Shown: positions 29,928 through 40,500 of the stretch, in pieces
How positions within the stretch are numbered: the first letter of the stretch is position 1
How the letters are laid out: each line of letters opens with the position of its first letter
DNA from: Bacilli bacterium
GTDB lineage: Bacteria > Bacillota_I > Bacilli_A > RFN20 > CAG-826
Assembly (NCBI GenBank): GCA_045597865.1
Contig: JAZLKX010000037.1
Span: 1 to 64,000, forward strand
DNA length: 64,000 nt
Direction of reading: 5' to 3'
The notes under the pieces: generated by a model
The model's database searches: none
Told to the model about the DNA's origin: nothing
The model's input: the letters and a program-made list of their open reading frames with translations, nothing else
Made by a program: the position numbers and the translations under genes

Positions 29928-31277
29928 ATGAAATTCGACAGAGTTACTGGAAAATGTGTTGATTTAAGTTTTGAAGGAAAGGGTGTTGTTAAGCTTTCCT
30001 ATGGAACAGTTTTTGTTGATGGCCTATTTCCTGGAGAAGAAGCCGAGATAGAAATTCAATATAAAAGAGCTGGTAGCTACTTTGGAAAAGTTTATAGACT
30101 CATAAGCAAGTCTCAAGACAGAATTCAACCAAAATGTGGTGTTTGTACAGCCTGTGGTGGATGTCAATTTCAACAATTAGCCTACAATGCACAGTTAGAT
30201 TATAAGACCAAGAAGGTTGCGGACGCCTTTAGACGCAACAAACTTGAAAATATTGAAGTTCTTCCAACAATTGGAGCAGAACATCCTTATGAATACCGTA
30301 ATAAAATCCAAGTTCCTATTGGTAGAGACCCACACGGGCACATTGTTTCAGGTTTTTATAGATCTGGAACCCATAAGATTATCCCAGTTGATAAATGTTG
30401 GATAGAAGATGAACGCGCAGGAGTTATCGTTTCGAAAATTAAATCCCTGATGAAGGATTTTCACTACAACCCTTATGATGAAGACACAAGAACAGGGCTT
30501 ATTAGGCATGTTTTAATTAGAACTTCAAAGCATTATGATGAAGTGATGGTCACATTAGTTACCAATAGAGACGAATTTAAAGGTAAAAACAATTTTGTAA
30601 AAGAACTTGTTAAGAGCTGTCCTGAAATAAAGTCAGTCATACAAAACATTAACACTAGAGATACAAACGTTATCTTGGGCGAAAAAGAACGTGTATTATT
30701 TGGCCCTAAAACCATTAAAGATTCTATTCTTGGTGTAGATTTCCTAATTTCATCAAAATCATTCTTTCAAGTTAACCCAGAACAGGTTGAAAAATTATAT
30801 AAGACAGCCATTTCTTTTGCTGAGTTAAAGAAGGACGAAGAAATATTTGATGCTTATTGTGGAATAGGCACGATCAGCTTATGTGCTTCAAAACACGTTA
30901 AAAAAGTTGTTGGAGTTGAAATTGTTAAGGATGCAATTGTTGATGCAAACAAAAATGCAAAACTAAATAATATTTTAAACGCAGAGTTTATGTGTGGTGA
31001 TGCGGGAATAGAACTTGAAAAAATGGTTCAAAACGGTGTCAAATTTTCAACAGTTTTTGTTGACCCGCCACGTAAAGGTTTGGATGACAAATTTATAGCA
31101 AAGTTAATTGAGCTAAAACCTCAAAAGATAGTTTATGTTTCTTGTGATCCCGAAACGCTTGCTAGAGACGTTAAAGTTTTGAGTGAAAAATATGAAATTT
31201 TAAAGGTTCAGCCAGTAGACATGTTCCCAATGACATTTCATGTTGAATCTGTCGTTAAATTAGAACTTAAAAAATAG
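29928..31277 (+). CDS. rlmD: 23S rRNA m5U methyltransferase (RlmD/RlmCD family)
   Basis: TRAM domain, CGVCTACGGC Fe-S motif, SFFQVN, DAYCGIG, VDPPRKG, YVSCDPETLARD and DMFPMTFHVE. Confidence 0.95.
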   Translation: MKFDRVTGKCVDLSFEGKGVVKLSYGTVFVDGLFPGEEAEIEIQYKRAGSYFGKVYRLISKSQDRIQPKCGVCTACGGCQFQQLAYNAQLDYKTKKVADAFRRNKLENIEVLPTIGAEHPYEYRNKIQVPIGRDPHGHIVSGFYRSGTHKIIPVDKCWIEDERAGVIVSKIKSLMKDFHYNPYDEDTRTGLIRHVLIRTSKHYDEVMVTLVTNRDEFKGKNNFVKELVKSCPEIKSVIQNINTRDTNVILGEKERVLFGPKTIKDSILGVDFLISSKSFFQVNPEQVEKLYKTAISFAELKKDEEIFDAYCGIGTISLCASKHVKKVVGVEIVKDAIVDANKNAKLNNILNAEFMCGDAGIELEKMVQNGVKFSTVFVDPPRKGLDDKFIAKLIELKPQKIVYVSCDPETLARDVKVLSEKYEILKVQPVDMFPMTFHVESVVKLELKK

Positions 31278-31550
31278 TAAAAAACAGTGAAAAATAAGGG
31301 CAAGTTGTTTGCTCTTTTTTAATTTTTTTAAGCATAAAATTTGCTATAAGAGGGCACTAAAAATTGTCTCAAAATGGGACTTTATGCTTTAAAATGTATG
31401 TAAAATTTATGTAAGAAAAATCTTCATTTTTTTACAAATTTTAAAGATTTAGTCCCCACCTATTGCGTTTTTTCTTGCTGTTTAATATTTAGAATATTAG
31501 AATATTTTTGAAATTCATAAAAAGTTATAATAAACTTTTGAGGTGTTTTT

Positions 31551-34500
31551 ATGAACCGAAAAACAAAGAAAGAATTGAAACATAAAGTAGTTTCAAAGAC
31601 CCAAGCTGTTTTAGCTGGCGTTCTTGCTTTAAACACAATAGGGGTGGTTACAGCCGCTTCTTTACGCGAGCAAATAAGCAAAGAACTTAAAGCTGAACAG
31701 ATTGCAAATGCGACTGGAAAAAACAAGATAAGCATTGATGGTGTTAGCATCTCGTTAGATCAAGAATTAAATGACAACGGTGACGGCACTTATAGCTTAG
31801 GTTTAAAAACCAGTTCAAATTTAACATATGAGGATATGTCTGTTAGGGCAACCAAAATTCAAGCAGGTTATTATGAAGCCGAAAAAGACGGTAGCTATAT
31901 GCTTGAAATTTGGGGTGGTGATGGTGCTTCAGGTCAAAACACAATTTACTCACACGGTGGTAAAGGTGGTAAAGGCGGTCACTTATACGCTGTTGCTGAA
32001 TTAAAAGCAGGCGATATTCTTTTCTATACCATTGGTGGTAACGGTCAACAAACACTCTCAAACGATAAAGGCGGCGGCGCTAACGGTGATGGCGGCGACC
32101 ACGGTGATACTGGTAACTATTACGTTGGTGGTGGCGGTGGTTACACTGCAGTTTATAAGTTCACAGCAAAAGACAATATTGCTAATAAGTTCAGAAACGA
32201 TTACTTAGACGCTAACGGAAACCTAAAAGTTACAGGTCTAAACGAAAGCGATAGAACAACTAAATACATAATGATCGCTGGTGGTGGCGGCGGTGGCGGT
32301 GCCGGTAACGGCGCAAGCGTTATTAATAGATCTATTCGTACACCAGATGGTGGTGATGCTGGTAGTTTTGCAAGCCAATACGGCGATCATGATTCTAGCT
32401 ATACTGTAGAAGGTAGATTCTATGCCGGTTCAAACGGATTCTCTTCAGGAAAATCTCAAGAATTCATTGGTAACGGTGCTACAGACATGCCAGGTGAAGT
32501 AAATAGAACCTATGTTGAATGGTTTGCTGGTAAAAAACCAAATGACTGGGAAGGTACTAATAACCCTAAGTACCCAGGTGGTTCCGGTGGTGCCGGTAAC
32601 TTACGTGGTGGTGCTGGTGGTGCTGGCTTTGCTGGTGGTTCAGGTGGCGTTATGGCTGGTCTTTTAATAGGAACTGATGTCGGTGGCGGCGGCGGCGGCT
32701 CATCATTCGTTGCTAAATCCTTACTTGCTCCTCAAGAAGATCAGAAAAAGTATATTTCAAATAAGAATTCTTCTACTGTCGGTGGTGCTGTTTATGTCTC
32801 ATACATGCCAGGTAGTGATGATTTAACATACTTAGATAACCTTACACTTGAAGGTGATATTTCTAAATATTTTGATGTTGTTTCTGCAACAGCACACGAT
32901 TCAGCAGGAAATTCATTACCAATCACTGTGAACAACAATAAGTTCTCAGCTTCTGGTATTAAAGCTTCTCCTTCTAGTACAGCAGGTGAAGGAAAATCAT
33001 CCCTTATTGAGCTTAAATTAAAACCCGTTAATGGCTTTATGGGTGGTAATGACGTTCCAATTTTTAAACAAGAAAATGTCACATATAGCTATACAAAACA
33101 ATCCGTTCCACATACAGCGGACATGGGTTTAATTGAAAAATGTTCATACGTGAACGTTCCATATGCTTTTGATTTAACTACACATAATTACACAAAGAGC
33201 GGTTCTGCTGAAGAACCTTGTACAGAATTAAAGGTTAGTGATTTATTTGATGATAAAGGTTATGTAGCAGAAAAAGCCGATGCATCCAAATCCTATCTTT
33301 ATGATTTCATTGATTCTGTTACTGATTACGTTATTCAATCTGATGGTGCGACATACGAAAAGAGTGAACAACTAACTTTATCAGAATCAAAAATGTTTGA
33401 AGTTAGCTATACAGTTAGACCAAAGGATGGTTCAAAAGCTATTGTTGGTGAGAAATTAAAGCTTAAAACATTTAAAAAGAATGCCAAAGTTACAATTGTT
33501 GAAATTAAGAAAAACGAACTCAATGGCATTTTAATGACATACGAAAGAACATTAAATTACAATGCATCAAACGATACATATGATTTAGCACTTAATGTTT
33601 CTGCTAATTATCAGGTTCCAAAACAACGCGTTGGTGAATTTACATTCGCTAACAAAGGTTCAGGAACCTATGTAATTCCAGAAACAGGAATATATGTACT
33701 TCAATTATGGGGCGGTTATGGTGGCCGCGGTGGTGACAACGGATACTCTGGTGGTCAACCAGGTGAACGTGGTTATATGCTTCAACCAATTAGACTTGAA
33801 GCAGGCCAAACTATTACTTACACCATTGCCCAAAACGGCTCAAACGGAAGTGAAGGTTCTTTCCTTGGTGAAGGACGTAGAGCAGAAGGCGGTAAAGCTA
33901 CAGTTGTTTCTATTGATGGCGAAAGAATCCTTGCTGCTGCTGGATCAGGCGGCGGCGGCGGCGCCCTTTGGACTGGTCCTGGTGGTCAAAAAGGTGAAAA
34001 CGTTTCAGACACCAAAACAATAAACGTTTATTCTGAAGGCACCGGAGACAGCAGCCAGGGCAAGAGCGTATTTGGTCAAGCGGGCGGTACAAGTGGTCTT
34101 GGACAAAACGCAGGCGGCTGGGCTGGTGTTAACTATAAAAATGACACTTATTTCGCTGGTCAATCAATCGATCAAAGAATGATTCCAACTGATTTTGCAA
34201 GAGCAGACTATAGTGCAACCAATGGCGGTGCTTTATACGTTTATGCTTTAGGTGAAGTTCCAGTTCTTGATGGTTATAGTGTTGAATCTGAATTTACTGA
34301 TAACTTTGTATTAGAAGGAAAATCTATTTCAGGTGCAACAGGTACAGAAACATCAGATGGCTATGCAGATATTGCACCTAATGTCACAATTAGCGGTGGT
34401 GTTTTCTCATTAGCATTTACTGTTACTTATACTCTTTCACCTGCTGCAACATGCTTAGGTGGTTATGATATTAAATTATTAAATGCAATGACCCTTAGCC

Positions 34501-37500
34501 AAGTTGACACTGATGGCAATTTTGAAAATGACTCAATTAAGGTCAAAGATCCTAACGTTGAAACAGAAGGTGATTATCCAACAGATTATGCAAACGTTAG
34601 AATCCTTCCATCACTACTTGATCAATTTACTTTGACCGTTAATGATACAGAATACATTCAAGGTAGAGAAGCTATTGATACTTCTTCCTTATACAGTGCT
34701 TCTACAACATTTGATCCAACCGGAACAAAATTAGAAATTAAAGAAGCGAGTGAGAGCTTTGGTGAAGGCGTAACAAGCGTTGCACCAAATCAAACAACAG
34801 ATTATCCAATTTCATATGGCTTGCAATGCGCAGGAGAAGCTGAAAAGGCAGTTGTTGGTCCAAATCTTGAACCACTTGTTTTAAATAGCGCTGCACGTGT
34901 TACTGTCTATCATGAAATTCAATATGAATTAACAAATATTAATGTTGATGCTGGAACTACAGAAGTTGGTGCTGAAAAGATTTATTCATACACACCAGGG
35001 GAAAACTATGTTGCACATCTTACTCCAGAAGTAGGCATGGAACTTCCAGAAGAAATCTCAGTTACTATTGATGATCAAGTCTACACTGGATTTACATGGG
35101 ATATTAGCAATCCTGATGAAGGCGAGTTAACAATTCCAGGAAGCGTTCTTGGCAACGATTCAAAAGTTATCGTTTCCGGAACTGCAAAAACTAGAACATT
35201 TAAACTTCACTATTTAGTCGCAACAGATGAAACTGGTTATTCAACTCAGGATTATGTTGTTGAACTCGAACCAGGCACAAAAGATGCTGATTTAGATGAT
35301 GCAATTAATGGTTTACTTGCAAAATACAATTATGCTGAACACCCAATTGAGGGCTACACATTTGTTATCGAATTCCCAGACGGTGACAGATCTACATTTA
35401 CAGAGATGCCACCTTATGACGTATGGATTAATGGTACATATCAACCAAACCCACACACATTAACAATTAATTATGTTGATGAAAGTGGTGATCCACTCCC
35501 AGGTGTTGCTCCATACTTAGAACCAAATGAAGACTGTGGCTGTTACAACAACAAAGACATTGATGTTCTTACCCCGGTTGTTGAGCAATACGCTCCAATT
35601 AAAGTTCAAAAAGTTGTTGATGGAACTCCAGAAGATGTTGAACTTAATCCAGCAAGAATTCAATTTACAATGCCAGATGATGATGTTGAGTTAAACGTCG
35701 TTTACAAAAACACAGCATCCAGTGTTGTTGTTAACTATCAATGTAAAGACCCAGATATTATTGATTTTGATCCATTTATTTCAACAGGTACAACCGGTTC
35801 TTCATATGATATTCCAGTTCCAACAGTCCCAGGCTATACCGCAACAATGAGCCCAGAACCAGTTGGTACATATCAAGCAAACGGTGAATCAATTATTGTT
35901 ACATACGCTCCAACCGAGTACACAATTAAGTTTGATTCAGCTATTACTGATGTTGAATATAAAGAATTTGACGATAGAGTTGCATTCTATGGACACGAAA
36001 TTGGTTATACACTCGTTAAGACAACCGAAGATCCAGATCCAGTTTACGAAGACGCAACCTATGTTCCACTTCCAACCCCAGTTAGAGTTGGTTATACATT
36101 CATGGGCTGGTCATACGGTGGAAGCCAAGTTACAAGCACAACAGTTTTAAATAAGACAGGTGAAATCACATTAACCGCAATGTGGAAGAAGCTTGTTACC
36201 CAAGTTACAGAGGAAAACTGTGTTGTTAGATTCACACCATCTACATTTGAGTATGATGGAAATGAACACATTCCAACAATTGAAGTACTTGTAAACAACA
36301 AGATTTTAACTAAAGATGTTGATTATCAATTACTCTTACCACTTGATTGCACAAGTTCAGGTAGTAAAGAAGTAACAGTTTCATTTATTGGTGAATACAG
36401 TGGAACTATTACTGATTCATTTACAATTACACCAAAAAATATTCCATCTACTGATTTAGATGTAGAGGATATTTCAGGTAACGCATATACATTTACAGGT
36501 GAAGCAATTACACCAACACCATACGTTAAAGATGGTGATACAGAACTTATATGTGGTACCGATTACGTTTATCAATACTCCAATAACGTTGAAAAAGGAA
36601 ATGCAAAAGTTACAGTTCACTTTATTGGTAACTACGCAAATACACCTGATGTAGTAAGACCATTTACTATTAGCGCACGTGACATTACTGATGACGGCGT
36701 TATTTCAGTTGGTAATATTCCTACAGATCCAGTTCCATACACTGGAACACCTTACACTCCAGAAGTAAGTGTTACATTTACAGATGAAATTGGTACAACT
36801 CCACTCGTAAAGGGTGTTGACTACACAGTTGTTTATGATGATAACGTTGATGCTGGTGAAGCAACAATCACAATTAGATTTATTAACAACTATGAAAACA
36901 CACCAGACGTTGTTAAACACTTTACAATTGAAGGTGCACCTATTGATACCTCAAAACTATCAGTTACAGGTATTGAAACGGAAGGATACACCTATACTGG
37001 TAGCGAAATTAAGCCATCTCCATTAACAGTTATTTATGATGGTGTTGAATTAGTAGAAGGCAAAGACTTTGTTGTTTCTTATGAAGATAACGTTAATGTT
37101 AATAGCTCTTCTAATAATCCAAGAGCAGTTATTGAATTTATTGGTAACTACGATGGAAATGATGATTACGAAATAGAATTTGATATTAATCCAAAAGAAA
37201 TTCATAATCCAACAACTGGTGAACCACCAGCATTAATAGTTTATCCACTTCCAACAGAAGATAATCCAATGGTTCTCCACGATACAGGGGATACCCCAGA
37301 CTTATCTAGCATCATCATTGGAGATAACGAAAACCACTTAACACTTGTTGAAGGTGTTGATTATGACATTATTATTGATGATGAAGAATTAGGTACAGCA
37401 CACATAGAGTTTAAAGGCAATTATGAAGGAACAGACGACATTAACATATTCTTTGTTGTTAAAGCTCCAGTAGTTGCTCCTATTGCAGACCAAAAATATA

Positions 37501-40500
37501 CTGGCGAACAATTAACACCAATCCCAGTGGTTACATTTAATGATGTCGCATTAGTCGAAAACACAGATTATACCGTTTCATATGGCACTAATATTGCTGT
37601 TGGTGAAAACTCAGGTTTAGTCACAGTTACATTTATTGGTGAATACGCTGACCTCGAAACATTAACAGTTGAAGTTAAGTTCAATATTGTTAAAAACACT
37701 ATTGACGCACGTGATTTAGTTGTAAGCAATATCGACCCAATGATTTATGATGGCTCACAATTAACACCAACCCCAACCGTTACATACAATGGTGTTACAC
37801 TTACAAAAGATGTAGATTACGAACTTGACTATGGTGAGAACATTCATGCTGGTGATGGCGCTGGTAAAGTTGTTATCACATTAATTGGTGGTTATAGTTC
37901 AGAAAATAAAAAGACTGTCTACTTTGACATCTTACCAAAAGAAGTTCCATCACCAACCGACCCAACTGGCGGATTGGTTATTGAACCTCTTCCAGACGAA
38001 TCTGATCCAATGCAAGTTCCAAATAACGGAAAAGACCCAGTTGACTTTGGCCCAATTACAATTACTGACCCAGTTACAGGTGAAGAACTCAGAAATCCAG
38101 AAGACTTCACATTAGTTGATGATGGTGATGGAGAAGGACACATTGAGTTCCATGGTGACTATGAAGGCACACCAGATGTTCCATTTAACTACGTACTCAC
38201 CGATCCAGAAATTACTTCTACAATTGAAGATCAACCATACACGGGCGAGCCAATTGAACCAGAAGTTATAGTCGAGTTCGATGGTGAAACATTAACTGAA
38301 GGTGTTGATTACGTTGTTAGATATGAAGATAACGACGTAATTGGTGAAGCTAAAGTTATTGTTGAATTCATTGGCGACTATGAAGGATGTCCAGATAAAG
38401 AACTTCCATTCAATATCGTCCAATCAACAATTGATCCAGATCCATCAAAACTTGTTATCGGTGAAATTGCAGATCAACCATTTACCGGTTTCCAAATCAC
38501 CCCAGAACCAAGCGTTACTTATAATGGTGTGGTACTAACCGCTGGTAAAGATTATACATATTCTTATGGAGAAAACATACACGCAGGCACAGACGCAGGT
38601 AGCGTGACAATCTCCTTCATCGGTGGCTTTACAGGTGAAGATGTTGATAAGACATTTAACATCTTACCAAAACAAGTTGAAGATCCAACCAATCCAGATA
38701 CTGGTTTAACAATTACACCAGTTCCAGATCAAGATAACCCAATTAAGGTTCCTCCAACTTCAGGTGATCCAAAGCTTCCAATTACCATTACAGACCCAGA
38801 AACAGGTGAAGAACTTAGAAATCCAGAAGACTTCACAATTGAGTTTGACCCAGACACGGGTGAAGCCCACATTGAATTCCATGGCGACTATGAAGGCACA
38901 CCAGATGTTGATGTCTTCTATGAGGTTGAAGAGATCGTTATTGATCCAATAGATGATCAAGAATACACAGGTGAACAATCTACACCAGTTCCACACATCA
39001 CATTTAATGGTGAAGACTTAGTGGAAGGTGAAGATTACACCATTGATTACGGTGATAACGATGAAACCGGAGATGGAACAATCATTATTACTTACATCGG
39101 TGACTTTGCAGATGTTACTCCAAATCCAGACACAATTACATTCAACATTGTGGTTAATAACATGGATGCACATGACTTAGTCGTTGATTATATTGATCCA
39201 ATGACCTATACCGGTTCTCAATTAATCCCAGATAATGTCGTTGTGAAATACAATGGTATCGTCCTTACAGAAGATGTTGATTACGAACTCAGTTATGGAG
39301 AAAACATCCATGCTGGTGAAGGAAACGGTAAAGTTATCGTTTCAATGATTGGCGGATTCGAAAGCGAAAACACTAAGACAGTCTACTTCGATATTCTTCC
39401 AAAAGAGGTTGAAGATCCAACTGATCCAGATACAGGATTAATCATTGAACCACTTCCAGATGAATCTGATCCAATGCAAATTCCAAATAACGGTAAAGAT
39501 CCAATTGAATTTGAAGAAATCGTTATTACTGATCCAGTTACTGGTGAAGAGCTTAGAAATCCAGAAGACTTCACATTAGTTGATGATGGTGATGGCGATG
39601 GACGTATTGTGTTCCATGGCGACTATGAAGGCACACCAGATGTTCCATTCAAGTATGAAATTGTTGATCCAGAAATTGAAACTGAAATTGAAGATCAACC
39701 ATACACGGGTGAGCCAATTGAACCAGAAATTATTGTTACATTCGATGGTGAAGAACTTGAAGAAGGTGTCGATTACATTGTTAGATATGAAGATAACGAT
39801 GAAGTTGATGAAGCTAAAGTTATTGTTGAATTCATTGGTGATTACGAAGGTTGTGAAGACCAAGAAATCACATTCAATATCGTTCCAACAACAGTTGATG
39901 AATCATTAGTTGAAGTTGCAGATGTTGAAGATCAAACATATACAGGTTCTCAAATCAAACCAACACCTGAAGTTAAATACAATGGTGTGGTACTAACCGC
40001 TGGTAAAGACTTCACATATAATTATGGAGAAAACGTACACGCGGGCGAAGATGCCGGAACAGTTATAATTGAATTCATTGGTGGATTTGAAGGTGATGAC
40101 GTTGAAAAGACATTTAACATCACTCCAAAACAAATCACTGATCCAGACGATCCAGATACTGGCTTAGACATTGAACCAAGATCAACTGAAGAAGATCCAA
40201 TTGTTGTTCCAGATAAAGGTGATGGTAGCAATCCAGACTTAATGCCAATTGAAATTAAAGACAAAGAGACTGGTGAAACACTCACTAACCCAGAAGACTT
40301 CGAAATCGTTATAGATGATGAAGAAGGCCATGCCCATATCGAATTTAAAGGCGATTATGAAGGTACACCTGATATTCCATTATTCTATGAAGTTCAAGAA
40401 GTTAAAGTTAATATTCCAACTCAACCATTCTCTGGTGAAGAAGTTAAACCTCATCCAGAAGTAACATTCGCAGGTGAGACATTAACTGAAGGTGTTGATT

